From Eledone cirrhosa (taxonomy: Eukaryota): 64,000 nucleotides of DNA. The DNA is taken from contig OZ024752.1 of the NCBI GenBank assembly GCA_964016885.1, forward strand, positions 14,074,001 to 14,138,000, in the 5' to 3' direction. Positions 40,761-54,759 of this stretch are shown here, in pieces. The stretch's first letter is position 1; every line of letters begins with the position of its first letter. The notes under the pieces were generated by a model. It worked only from the letters and a program-made list of their open reading frames with translations. It had not been told where the DNA came from and did no database searches. The translations under genes and the position numbers were made by a program.

Positions 40761-41960
40761 TTTTGTTTAAATAGGATCATTATACAACGGGCATACGGAT
40801 AATCGTATGAGTTCAATAATTAAATGGGACTTAACATAGTAGCTGAATTATACGGTGCTGGCTGTACTAAAAACGGATTACAGTAATAAAGAAGAAGAGA
40901 GAAAATAAAAACAAAACGAATAGGGAGAAAAAAATTAAATAAGATGGGGAAGTAAAAGGGGGATACGCTGTATCAGTCATGGGCAATCTGCGTCGCGTTT
41001 GGCTTTCTAAATGGCTTGCCTAATTTCCAAATTGCCTGGATTGTTTTAGTAGTGTGGACGGCCTTATGGTGAGCCACATCCTATTTGGCCCATTGCTCCT
41101 CAAAGGCTGCCTATGCCTGCTCTACATCGTTAACTTGCACGGTATATCTAAGCAGCGCACTTCAGAAAAAGGGCGAATACCTTACCGCAGAAAACGGCCT
41201 GTGAGACCCAGTACATTGGAAATTCTACCTCACTTGGTTTCTTCCTTAGGTAGGCTGTATTGGTGAGACGATTTTGTTGAACAAAAATGGAGAGATTTTC
41301 AGGGCGACCGGAACAAAGATGAAGCTGTCAACCAGATCTTGGTGCTCGAATATCCTCAACTAGTTTGAGTTATAGAAGTTATTGCCCGAGTTTGTGGCCG
41401 CATCCATGGAAATACATACAAGAAGATAATACTTAACATGTTTTAAATTGTTTTCTTCTTGTCTTGGTGTGTTTGGTTCTGATGAAGGTGTAAAACGAAT
41501 AAATGTTGAAATTAATGTGCAGTCTTAGGAGAAAATTTATTTGAAAATTATATTCGTGTTATAAACTTCTCATCTCACCTATCTTGAAAGTTGTAAGCAA
41601 CTGTTTCTATTGGTCTGTCAAGACATAAACGATCGTTGACTACATGAACACAATGGTTTTAATGTCTGAGAAAGTATTTCACATCATTTCGTCAATAGTG
41701 AATTCGATTCAACAGAAAACCTGAAATAAATACACTATAGAAGAAAAAAACTGTTATCTATTATTTCCTCATCTATATATTACTAAAACTCTGATGGCTT
41801 GCTTGTTTGTCTGTAATGTAATACCGCCAAAATGGCACATAATAGGAAACACTTTGAAAGGAAGTTGCCCCTGAAATGGGAATACAAATGGAATAAAACA
41901 AGTTTCGCGTAAATTGGTACACGTGTTCCCGAGATACGGGGATTTTCCGGGTACCTTTAT

Positions 41961-41995
<35 letters not shown>

Positions 41996-42429
41996 GCGAT
42001 AGTGGTTGTGAGAGAGTAGATTGAAAGAGAAACATAGAGAGAGGGAGAGGAGACAGAGAAGGAGAATGGTAGAGAGAGAGATAGAGAGGGAGAGTGAGAG
42101 AGCTGGTGGTGTTGTGTATATACATAATTCTCACTCCCATTATTTCTTCTCTGGAAGAAATCTGCTGTAGTCAGACCTTAGAGGTGGTTTCCGCCAGGTT
42201 TAAAGATGCCATATTTCAATGTTAAAATTACAGTGGAATTTGAAGGTGAGACAATGTAGGGACGGCGAGTGGAACAGTCAAGTGTCAAGTGAGAATATAT
42301 ATTAGTCGAACACTGGTGGGTTATGTCTGTAGTAGTAGAACACTCAGTCCATGGGATGAGTTGGGTAGAAGTAGTTCCACAACAATTAATTCGCTATTAT
42401 CGAGATCAATTTTTTACCCCATTTCTAAA

Positions 42430-42565
42430 CTTCTTTTATCGACCTTCAATGAATGAAAGGCAAGGTTGACGTCGGTGGGATTTGAACTCGGAGAGCAGCG
42501 AGTCGAGACGAATACCACAATGCAATCTATCCGACGTTCTATCGACTCTGGACATTCCCTGCCTA
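42430..42565 (-). mobile_element. Diverged related SINE
   Basis: GAAAGGCAAGGTTGAC..GGGATTTGAACTC. Confidence 0.6.
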
Positions 42566-43214
42566 GAATGCTAGTATACACAGAACTTAAAGAACGATCT
42601 TATCTCTCTTATTAGATGGTCAAAAAACCTAACAATACCAATCTGATAACGTATTTATAATTTTTTGATAAAGATTCATGTTATTGTTGTCTTTTAAATA
42701 CCATTATAAATTTAGACATTTAAATCTGGTCCGTCTAGACTAAACACCCACTCAAAACTTGGAAAAGATTTAAAGTCTTCCCAACTTATCAATAGATCTA
42801 AAGGCGAGAGAAACATAACGTTTATAAACTGAACGCCATTAAGATGGACCCACCACGTATTTTCCTGTTTCCTATGTTTCAGTCTTAATCGGTGTTTAAA
42901 TGTGATGGCAAAAATAATACACATGTATTTCGACAACTCATTCATTTCATAGATTTATTTCCAACCTCTTTTATGTGACACACACATACACACACACACA
43001 CACACCCACCCACACACCCACACGTGTGTGTGTGTCCTTATCTGTGTTTTTGTATATATATATATAATGTTTAAATAAACTACTGTGCATTTAATAATAA
43101 TAATATTATTTATACTTATACATACGCTATATATAATTATAAACAGGAAACGTCATTAATTTATTACCACGTCATTACCTGTAAGAAGAATAGCTCAATG
43201 TAAATACATCAGAT

Positions 43215-44540
43215 GTTTTACAGACCCGGAATATAAATTACAGAATAATCAAAACTATGTTCAAAACATGATATTGTTGCCAATCGTTTCTTCCAAACTT
43301 TCGTTTGGATTCATCGGAGCACTAGCAACATTTAGACATATAATTAACCTCCTATTCCACAGAACAATCGTAAAGATACATAGATGTTAGTGTTGTCATT
43401 AACAGTGTCATATTTAAAGAGTGAAGATGATGTCGTCAGTATCAGTGGATGCGACAGAGATTATAAAAGAATAATACAACAATTATAGAGGAATTAAAGA
43501 AGAAAGTTACTCGCAAAACGAGGACATTAGCAGTACATATGCAAACGTATAGAAACAGTGCAAAGGTATTAGGCATGTACATAATAACCAAGGAAGAAAC
43601 AAGCAATGGTACTAAGCATATATATCACAGTATGGCAAAGGTATTACATAATATAATACAGGTATAAAGCATATTAAGCAGACAGAGATGCGTGGGTATG
43701 AAAAGCAGTTACTATGAAGTTTATGGTGGATGCAATGTGATAATTGTTCCGGTAATGTTCAAACGTAAATGCGTTGTGAGTAATAATATCAAGGTTTTCC
43801 TTTCCATTACATTAGTTATATTTTAGTAAAAATGTATCAGTAGCTACAACCATGGATTGTATATTGGTCCTATTACGATCTTATCAAGGGTTCGAGTGGT
43901 TCTGGAGTGATCTGTCTAACGGTTTAATTTCAGGAAGTGATTACAGTCTAAGGGGAGCTAATGGGAAAGGGGAGGTAATTGGCGATTAATTTGTGTATAA
44001 TGGAAAAATGTATAGTTGTTTACAACTCCAATTAGTTAAATTCTATGTGTTAATATACAATATATTATAAGTGAATCCTTTTATATAATATTATTTATTT
44101 TTAAATTTATATATTTAATTTTATATACAATCTCATTTCTATATAATATTTTAAAGGTCTCATTTTATCGCTACCTACTCATATATTAATTAAAAGTAGT
44201 TTTTCGTTTGGTTTATGAAAGGGAGTATATATTTTAGAGTCCAGGCAAAGGGTAGCATGTAGGAAGTTCACGTTTTTAGTGTTTTTATCTAAGGTAATAC
44301 TTAAGTTAAAGTTTTTAAATATTTTATGCAATTGTTTCCTAGTTCTTTCTATATTAAAGTTTTTATAGTCAATAAGTAGTGGTGCATCGTCGCAGTATAT
44401 ACCACCATTGAGGTAGTGCAGATTCGTATGAATTTCATTTACGAGATATAGACCCAACAAATCCGTGACCTGCGCCGAGTCACTAGATCCCATAGTTATG
44501 TCAAAGTTGTTAGGAGTATCCTTGCGGGTCCATAATTGAT
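43215..44540 (-). mobile_element. Decayed PLE family C: RT fragment 44179-44540 plus 3'UTR with degenerate HHR at 43275-43321
   Basis: FDITMGSSDSAQVTDLLGLYL..GGIYCDD..NFLHATL..YTPFHKPN. Confidence 0.75.
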
Positions 44541-44709
44541 CTTCAAATATATTTGATCTTCAAATACAATAATAGGTGGTTAATTATATGGCTAAACTTT
44601 GCTAGTGCTCCAATGGATCCAAACGAAAGTTTGGAAGAAAAGATTGTTAGCAATAAAAGGTTTTGAAAATAGTTTTGATTATTCTGTAATTTATATGTAT
44701 GTATATATA

Positions 44710-45135
44710 AATGTAATCTGATTTTTTCGAATATTAATAATAATATCCGATTCGTTTGCAATTATGCAGACAGTCTCATTTTTAAAGCCATGTCAGTAGA
44801 ATGAGCCCCTCATTCTTCCTCTTGTGTTGCCATGTAAATAGAACTGCTGACACTAATGTTTCTGGGTATTACCCTTCATCAGTACAGCTCACTGTTCACC
44901 TGCCAACTTTCAGAGCTAATGAAAATGTATATTTACTAAAATCTACAGTGACTGATCGGCCTGATTTGCATATTAGCAGACTGGCTGATCAGTCAGATCT
45001 GCATATTAGCTGATCCACTGATCAGCCAGATTTGCTTTAGAAAAGAGACTGTTTGCATAATTGCAAATGAATCGAATATTATTATTAATATTCGAAAAAC
45101 TCAGATTACATTTAGTGTATTCAGCCATGCAGATC
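44710..45135. mobile_element. Fold-back HHR element; HHR on minus strand at 44841-44890
   Basis: 44710-44785 inverted against 45040-45114; minus strand CTGATGA-AGGGTAATACCCA-GAAA-CATTAGTG-TC. Confidence 0.75.
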
Positions 45136-45140
45136 GATAA

Positions 45141-45853
45141 TCTATATATATAAAACTGAGGTTGTCTGTCTGTCTATCGATTTTTGGCACACATCTCCTC
45201 TTAGAATCTCTCACGGAATTGCACCGAAATTGCTATACTTGTACATTGAGACCTAGCGAAGACATCGGAAAAAAAATATTTCAAATTGACCCGCCCTATC
45301 TGACGAAATCGAATATAATGTATCGATTTTTGAGCGTAAGTGATCAGTTATTTCCCTTTGTTCTGTTTACATTCAGCGTAGCGTCTTACGTTCTGTTTAC
45401 ATTTTCTGCGTGCAAAAATTAAAAAAATTACGCTGGCAAAAATAAAAAAAAAGTAAATCTTTAGTAGAGTGAATTGGAATCTCCAGTTTGTTTAATAGCT
45501 TCATTTGCACTGTACTGCCTTTGTATGCTACAACGCTTTAAAAGTTCGGCGAGTTCATTACTTCGTAAGTTATTGATATTTATTTTTTTATTACGACGGT
45601 TAGCAAACTTTCCCTATTAAACGTTTAAATTAATTTTACGGTCTTATAAGGCTGAATTTACTTTAATTCGGGTTATCGTTATGTTTTCTTAACTTCATAA
45701 GGCATATTGTTGGTTGAGGGAATATTAATCAAAAACACCACATGCAAGTCTGCACAGTAGACACTACAGTTTTTAAGCCAAAAAAGAAACTTAACATTGT
45801 AACTTTAACACAGCTACTGAGCGACCCCGAGCAACGCCGGGCTTTACTGCTAG
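45141..45853 (+). mobile_element. Non-autonomous Helitron
   Basis: A|TCTATATATATAAAA start, GTCT repeats, subterminal CCCG..CGGG hairpin, CTAG|T end. Confidence 0.8.
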
Positions 45854-45892
<39 letters not shown>

Positions 45893-45936
45893 CACAAGCA
45901 TATATATATATATATAAACTTATTATTATTATAATT

Positions 45937-46075
45937 AGAGTTACGTCCCTTTATGATCTGAGTTCAAATCCCACCGAGGTTAACTTTGCTTTTCATCATT
46001 ACGGGGTCGATAAAATAAAGTACCAGTAATGCACTAGATATTTGCTGGCCTTGTGCCAAAAGTAGAAACAATTAT
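45937..46075 (+). mobile_element. 5'-truncated tRNA-derived SINE
   Basis: B box and body as at 38822. Confidence 0.8.
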
Positions 46076-46099
46076 GATTATAATTATTAATGATAATAA

Positions 46100-46330
46100 T
46101 GATAAAACAGTTAAAAAGTGTGGAACCTGTCCCTTTCACAAACAGTAAAAGAGCAGGCCCTCCAATCTAGTGAGGCACAGACTGGGGGAGTCCCGACAGG
46201 CAGATGGTAATATATAGCGAAAGAGATGTTTGCGTTAGACATCACCTGCCGGCCTTTCAGGAATAGTTTCCTCTCAGCACATTTCTCAATACTAGTTACC
46301 ACATTGCTTGTATATCTCCTGGATTTTCGG
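46100..46330 (-). pseudogene. L1/Tx1-like LINE ORF2 fragment
   Basis: RKLFLKGRQVMSN..IYYHL resembles the post-RT RxLSLKGR motif. Confidence 0.45.
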
Positions 46331-47009
46331 ACGGAACCAGACCCCGTGTATATAAATTTACAAATGATAAAACCGGATATATGTGTGCTATTTCAATATC
46401 CGAATCGTTATTACAAACCTGATCCCAATAAGTTTGATGAACTTTAATGTTCTTTCTACAAAGCAATGATTAGTTTGACCACTGGGGGTATCCTATAGAT
46501 ATTAATGCTTATAATTCATCAGAGTGCTTTCCCATTGATATTGAGAAAGTCGATTATTTGGCATAATACAAGCAAATATATGTTTGAATACTGAAGCTAA
46601 TGTTCGATCTATCTATTTCCAGACATAACTGACAGTACGACACAATAAAACAAATATAGCAAGCCATAAATCGTATTTACGTCGATGTTCAAGTTGAGTC
46701 ACCACCTGTGTGGCTAATTATTTTTGATGTTCCATTAGTAGCAGCTTGTTCTGCCTATGATACCCAAGGATATTTTAGTAGAAGTATTTTATATATTGTC
46801 ATGTTCAGAGATATTTTTACGGAACATTAATGATTAGCTTATACAATCCGATAACTTTTATTTTCTTACATTTTATATATGATGGATTCTGTAAAAAAAA
46901 AAAATATATATATATATAACCAAAAGAATAGATGTGTCTAATATTTGAGATATATCAAACTCGATCCTCAGGGAAATTAAAAAGACATTTTAAAAAAGTG
47001 ATATGATAA

Positions 47010-47440
47010 GCAGGAGACCCAGGAGAAGACCCCGAACGAGATGGTTAAATGTCAACCATGAACTTGTATGGTTTCGTTTGGGGATCCAGCTGCATTAATT
47101 AGAGATAGTTACTGCTGACACCCTCTGGAAGGAATGTTTGAGGACACTGCTCTCACGACATGGATTGGCAGTATCGGTAGAGGGTCGGACGCCATGCTTT
47201 GACGCATAGTTACGGTCCTTGCCATTCTGAGTTCAAATCCTGCCAAGGTTAACTTTGCCTTTCATCCTTACGGGGTCGATAAAATAAAGTACCAGTAATG
47301 CACTGGGTAATTGCTGGCCTTGTGCCAAAAGTAGAAACAATTAATTAGAGATAGTTGCTGCTGCCACACCCTCTGGAAGGAGTGTTTGAGGACACTGCTC
47401 TCACGATCCTCCCAGGAATAAGTGGGAGAAGAAGAACAAG
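47010..47440 (+). mobile_element. RTE 3' fragment interrupted by a SINE (47161-47343)
   Basis: RRPRRRPRTRW-like coding remnant; about 65-bp direct repeat around the SINE. Confidence 0.7.
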
Positions 47441-48669
47441 AAGACAGATTTTTTAAAGGATTATAATTGAATTCACACTGGCAAAATCATTACTGCTGCT
47501 GCCGTTATTTACCCCCAACCTAGCCCTGATTCATTAGAAATATAGGCTACAAGCAAGTTCTGACTAAACTACATTAATATCTATATATTTTTCATGTTTT
47601 TATTTAGTTATTCTCTCATTCATTGGACTTTTCAAACTGGAGTTGTTTTATGTCTTAATTCCGTATCCATTCAGCCGTCGACAGATCAACACAGTATTCT
47701 ACATAATGATATATCGGTTTGGTGATTGTATTTTATTTAGTGTCTGACAGCGTGAAGTGTGATAGTCAAACTGAGTTACAGCCATGACAATACTGGCCTA
47801 GATTAGAGCCAGGGTCAACCAAGGAGCATATCACACAACGGAGCTCTCGCATAACTGTGTCAGGGATATTTTTTCTAAACACGTTCGTAAAATAAGTTGG
47901 ATTAGTTTGAATAAATCATGAATGAACATTATGTAATTTATCTCCTAAATTTCGTAGCTGTTGATTGAACATAAATATTCTTGTATATAAGTAATGTATA
48001 GCTTATTTTACGATTCACTTCCTTTAATTTTTCAAATGTCTACACTTCCGGTTAGCGTCGGTTATAAAATAACACATGGCCGTACACTTTATCACACCGC
48101 TTATATAAACATTCATATATTTGCATCGTTATATCATAATGTTTATATTTCCGTCGCTAAATTTCGTTTTCATTACATTTCGTGGTAATGCAGTTTATAT
48201 ATTATATCGTCTTTTGTTAATGTATCATGATTACTTTACTGATTACATAAGAGATTGCAACACAGTCTCTCTTCAATATTTGGGCATATTGTTAATTAAC
48301 ATTTTATTTGAGGTATCTTATCTACATTCGTATATATTTGCGTATATATGCGTATATTTGCGTATCAATATGCACACTATATATGCTACAGAAAACCACC
48401 CTTCGTGTGGTTTTTCTGCTAATAGAATTTAATATTTCCATATATGAAATTTACTCTTGTGTGGGTTTAAGAATGTAGCCAAAGTTATGTTGTCTTAGAT
48501 TAGCAATAGAGGCATAAATCGTTCAGATACAGCATATCTTGAAAATAACATAAAAATCTTCTCTTAGTTATAGTGATTATGTTTTATTATAGTTATTTAT
48601 ATTAGGAGATTGTAACATGAATAAAGAATACTGAATGTAATAAACTTTCACAAAATAAAAAGCAAAATG

Positions 48670-48825
48670 GACGCATATGTGGAAGTGTTATTAAGAAATT
48701 TGCTACGTGGTTCTAGGTTTGATACTAGTGTGGAGCATGTTCTGTAAATGTCTTTATAATATACGTCAAAGTTGGACAAATCTTTACGAGTATAATTTGA
48801 TGGCGGATATTATGGAAGGTCTAAT
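48670..48825 (+). mobile_element. Highly decayed second SINE family (octopus OR-type by recollection)
   Basis: Weak similarity to a remembered consensus only. Confidence 0.35.
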
Positions 48826-48980
48826 ATATATATCTATCTAATTTCTCATTCTTTCTTCTGATGAAGGATTAGCGACCGGAACATTAAGAACCTCTTCCTG
48901 CTATTTCAAGCGTTGACCTAATTTACTCGTTTCATATACTCTACCGATTGTGTTGTTATTTCTGTTTAGCTTATATATAT

Positions 48981-49035
<55 letters not shown>

Positions 49036-49036
49036 C

Positions 49037-49110
<74 letters not shown>

Positions 49111-49923
49111 GCGCAAATAAGTACATGCATCTAGTCATTGCGATGCTTGGTATATCAGAAATATATGCATAAAAAAAAAAAATCGGGAGAAGTAAGTAAA
49201 CCGGTGTTTTTCGATCGAATACCCCCGTGAATACTATTCTGAAACCAGTTTCAGATCAGAACCTTATCTCTCTTTCTGTCAAAAATGCAGTGAAGCAGTG
49301 ATCGCTATAAAACGTACAAGCAGCAAGTCTACTTCGCTGTTACTTGCGATGTACTATAATTTACAATATAAAAAATAATAAACAAAAACTCTCTTTATAT
49401 GAAAACTTATACAATAAATATACCTAAAACATAAAAATATACTTTTTTTTTCGTCAAATTTATACGAAGTATAGCGAGTGAAGAGTAATAAACAACCAGA
49501 GGGGAAAATACTGTTTGTTATTTCATGAATATAACTAACTTTAGTAAATAAGTTATATTATGGCGCAGTTTGCTGATAAGATCAACATATTCGATTCATA
49601 TATAATACATTTACTATACGCCATAATACGTATATTTTTCTCAAAAATCAATTTACAGAAGGTTTTTGGTGTACTTTAAAGTTTACAAACTCAGAGGATC
49701 GGTTCCTACAACAAATGAAAAGAAAGCTAAAACATAAAGAAGAGATAAGATTGACATAGACAAACGCACACATTCGTACATACATTCAAAAAGACACATA
49801 CACACACACAGGCACACACACACTCATACACATACATTTTTATATATATATATATACATATATATACACATATACATATATATTTTATATATATATATAT
49901 TGATATATGTTTATGTGTGTGTA

Positions 49924-49964
<41 letters not shown>

Positions 49965-50017
49965 GCAACCATTCATATGTATATATATATTTATATATAT
50001 ATATACATATGAATGCT

Positions 50018-50057
<40 letters not shown>

Positions 50058-50116
50058 TATATACACACATATATACACACATATATATACACATATATAC
50101 ACATATATACACACAC

Positions 50117-50213
<97 letters not shown>

Positions 50214-50858
50214 CATACAGGGAGTGAGAGATAAAATTAATACTAGGATGCAGGATTAAATATCATTTGATTAGGCTGTTGCCTATTGAAACGTAGAGTG
50301 AGATTGATTTTTGCCCCGGGAAAGTAATAAAACTTGTGAGGAGTTTCATACACATATATTTTGTCGGATAATTTTAGATGCTATAACATGCACATACACA
50401 ACACACACATATATATATATGCGTGCACACATACACATATATACACACGCGCACACACACACATATATGTATATATATATAATATATTTATACATATATA
50501 CATATATACATAACGTGTTTATGTGTTCATATTATATACATATATATAAGCATATATGTATATATATATATATATGTGTGAGTGTGTGTTTGTGAATTCA
50601 TATGTAACTGTATATCTGTATATATATGTATGTATATTTATTTACACACAGGTTCGCAGACATATACATACACACATACTCAGCCCACAGATATATATAA
50701 TATGGCTATATATCTGGTTAATATGAGCGCTTCCTTCGAACACTCTTGGACATTTCATTAGTATCAAGTAGAAAACTAAGCATTCGTTTTCATTTCATTC
50801 CTGTTCTGTTGTTATTGAAAATGTTAGGTCCACCTTTCAGTTGAATATTATCTCATAT

Positions 50859-51070
50859 AATTGTTTCTACTTTTGGCACAAGGCCAGTAATAACCCAGTG
50901 TATTACTGGTACTTTATTTGATCGACTCCCGTAAGGATGAAAGGCAAAGTTAACCTCGGCGGGATTTGAACTCAGAATGGCAAGGGCCGTAACTCAGAAT
51001 GGCCAGGGCCGTAAGTCATGCGTCAAAGCATGGCGTCCGACCCTCTACCGATACTGCCAATACACCGCCA
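50859..51070 (-). mobile_element. tRNA-derived SINE with a 22-bp internal duplication
   Basis: AACTCAGAATGGC.AGGGCCGT occurs twice. Confidence 0.85.
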
Positions 51071-51419
51071 ATATTATCTCATATAATGCTGTGGCTTTTT
51101 TCTATTAGATCATCGGCATGGACACTATCTAAAGTCGATCGACTTTTCGTCAAATCGGACCGAGGAAACAATGTTTTCGTTCGTTTTTCCAATTGCTAAT
51201 ACTCTCTATTGGTCGCAACTTCAGGTAGAAGGTTCAACGTGAAATAAAGTGTCTTGCTCAAGGACATAAAGCATGGCTGAGGCGTAAGAGAATTGCATTC
51301 GAGGTCATGAGGTTGTGAGTTCGATTCATGGAACGGGCGATGCGTGATGGACACTATAGAGTAACGTTATTCACTATCTTCAATTCAGTGTTCGTGCGAA
51401 CACTTATATATGCTCATGA

Positions 51420-51665
51420 ATTTTGGGTAAATACCGGAAGTATATGGTCGCGAATACAAGCGGCCGAAATGGGTTTCCTCCTAAGGGTCCTTGTAGTAAG
51501 GTAACTCGATATAGTTTATAACTCGGCAATCAGAGAGTCAATTCAGGTAGAGCTGCTACTTCTCCGAATTGAAAGATCACAGCTCCAATACTATCAGCAT
51601 GTGGTTAGAATATCTCGAGAAGGAATCGCTGGACATTTTACGTGAAAGACCAACTGAGAGGAGAC
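51420..51665 (+). pseudogene. RTE-like LINE C-terminal remnant (related remnant at 52160-52450)
   Basis: IQAAEMGFL..LLRIERSQL..HVVR pattern. Confidence 0.6.
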
Positions 51666-51687
51666 ACATATAAACACTCATATATCT

Positions 51688-51780
51688 ATAGAGTGTGCTG
51701 AAAAGTTCCTGGCTTTCGGTAGAAGAACATACAGGAGGATCAACTAATTGTGATTTGATTTAACCTTTTCCCGTTGTATT
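51688..51780 (+). mobile_element. Possible Tc1/mariner terminal remnant
   Basis: GTGCTGAAAAGTTCCTGGCT resembles mariner TIRs; no partner end found. Confidence 0.35.
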
Positions 51781-53069
51781 AATTGAAGAGGTCCTACCTC
51801 CTCTGTAAAGATATCCTTAATACAGGGAAATTTTTGGCCCCTGGTATGTATATATGAATGTAGTACATATATGTGCGGGTTTGCCTGTGTGTATGTGTTT
51901 GTGATTTTGAGGCAGTGTTCAGAGTTTTGTAAATTGCAATTCATATTATTGATGGTGTTTACTTCAACATAAGAGAATTAGCTCTCTAAAGGTACATAAC
52001 TTATATATTTATTGGCTGATCAAATCTAAGGATCAATAAAATGTAATCAGTAGCAGATTAATTAGTGATTGATTGATATAATTAGCTGCTTTCATTTGAA
52101 GGCGTATCTCCAGTATAGCCGCTGTTAAATAAATGGAATCTATAAAAGAGTAAACTAATTGACAATTCTCCGAATTGAGAGAAGACAGATCCGGTACTCT
52201 GGTCATGTGGTTAGAATGTCTCAGGAAATATTTGCTGAACATATTTTACGGGCGAAACCAACAGGTAGGATACCTCCAGTGGTAGACGCCAAGCAAGGTG
52301 GTTGGATAACATCAATGAGCTTCACTGGTCACGCTAGGGGATCCAGCCGGATCAATTGGAGAAGGTTGCTTCTGACAGGACTCGCTTGAGGGAGTGTTTG
52401 AGGATTCTGCCCCCACGACCCTTTCAGGTTTAAGATGTCGAAGAAGAAGTAAGAGAATTAGCCCTCTAAATGTATATAACTTAGATTAGTTCAACCAATG
52501 AATATATAAGGAGAAATAAATCCAACTTGCTGATTAATTAGTGATCGGTTGAAATAATTGTCTGGCCTCATTTGACGGCGTAGCTCCAGCATGGCCTCTG
52601 TCCAGTAAATGGAATCTATTCAATAATAAACTAATAGATATGGTGTATCGTATAGCCAGGAGCTCTTATGCTTGGATATAACTTTACATGCAAAGATGAA
52701 AACCTAAATAATAAGGAATAATGGTTAAATGGTGAAATGTCAAGCACATCTGCATCAAGTTACAGAAGCAACATATTTCACTCTACCATTATTCAGATAT
52801 AGATGGCTCAACAATACTGGCTATTTGTGGCCTTTGTTGCAAATATTTCAGACTGACACGTAACCTCACTACCTCTCAACGAGGTTTCACAAAAGATCCA
52901 AACATCTAATGTTGTGCAAATGTAATCTGACATCAGCATTACTATAACATATCTCCCATTTACAATATGTAGATTCAAGCTCTTAAGGTCATTGTAAAAA
53001 TATAATGACTCTAATATTATCATACGCATTAAAAGAAGGATAAATGTTGCTGAAGTTACACAATAAAAG

Positions 53070-53530
53070 ATATATATATATATATATATATATAGATATA
53101 TAGATAGATAGATATATATAGATAGATAGATATATAGATATATATATATATATATATATATAGATAGATAGATATAGATATATATATATATAGATAGATA
53201 TATATATATAGATATAGATAGATAGATATAGATAGATAGATATATAGATATAGATATATATATAGATATATATATATAGATATATATATAGATATAGATA
53301 GATATATATAGATATATATAGATATATATATAGATATATATATATAGATATATATATATAGATATAGATATATATATAGATATATATATATAGATATATA
53401 TATAGATATAGATATATTATATATATAGATAGATATATATATATATATATATATATAGATAGATATATAGATATATATATATAGATAGATATAGATATAT
53501 ATATATAGATAGATATAGATATAGATATAT

Positions 53531-53617
<87 letters not shown>

Positions 53618-53671
53618 TATATATATAGATATATAGATATATATAGATAGATATATAGATATATATATATA
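53070..53671. repeat. (TA)n/(GATA)n compound microsatellite
   Basis: Direct reading; other tracts at 48972-49107, 49790-50215, 58790-59520, 59978-60340. Confidence 0.97.
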
Positions 53672-53697
53672 TTGGCAACATGACCCTCCCAAAGTAT

Positions 53698-53736
<39 letters not shown>

Positions 53737-53897
53737 AGTATGAGTATTTGCATGTGTATAATTATACACACATATATATATATATATTTATCTATATATA
53801 AATATATGTATAATTACACACTTATAATTACACACACACACATACACATACATATATAAATATATATAATATATATGTGTGTAATTATACATATATT

Positions 53898-53930
<33 letters not shown>

Positions 53931-54325
53931 GTGTGTGTAATTATACGCATATATATATATATATAATAATAATAAATTTGAAGACTAAAATCCAAAGAGG
54001 GCTCGATAAGGATAAATATATATCAAATATATAAGAACCGTAGAGCAAATATAATCTGTTATCTTAATAAGTTAATATATACATATATATATATATATCC
54101 GGACCATATCGTCTTTATCGTCAACATCACCATTATCCTTGTACTCAGGAATAATTTTATTGTTAGTAATAGAAATATTTTTTGTATTAAATGCATTCTT
54201 TATGAAAACTTGAGCAGAAAAAAAAAATGTTTTGATCGAGATATATGATGGGAAAAATAAATAGCATAAAATAAGAGTAATCATAAAGTTGATGATAAAG
54301 GAGCATATAGTTAACAACAACAACA

Positions 54326-54511
54326 ATAATTGTTTCTACTTTTGGCACAAGGCCAGCAATTACCCAGTGCATTACTGGTACTTTATTTTATCGACCCCGT
54401 AATGATGAAAGGCAAAGTTAACCTCGGCGGGATTTGAATTCAGATCATAAAGGGCCGTAACTTTTTGATGCAAAGCATGGCGTCCGACTCTCTACCGATA
54501 CTGCCAATCCA
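54326..54511 (-). mobile_element. tRNA-derived SINE
   Basis: Reverse complement of the family consensus. Confidence 0.85.
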
Positions 54512-54759
54512 CAACAATAATGATGATGATTATAATAGCAACAACAATAACAACACCAGCACACTACCTACTGAATGTACATAGGCCTGTGTGCGGTAAT
54601 GCAGAGTCAAAAGCATTAAAGTTGAGACTTATGATGATGACGATGATGGTGATAAACGATGACGACGAAGACGACGATAACGACAACGACGATGGCGATG
54701 ATGATGATAATAATTTGTGGGAAAATGTTTGCAAGGCATAGAAATCCAGTTAAAATGGA

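Noticed and set aside
44710-45114. MITE with 75-bp TIRs
   Set aside because: The 37.4-kb copy lacks the inverted end and the element carries an HHR; better explained as a fold-back
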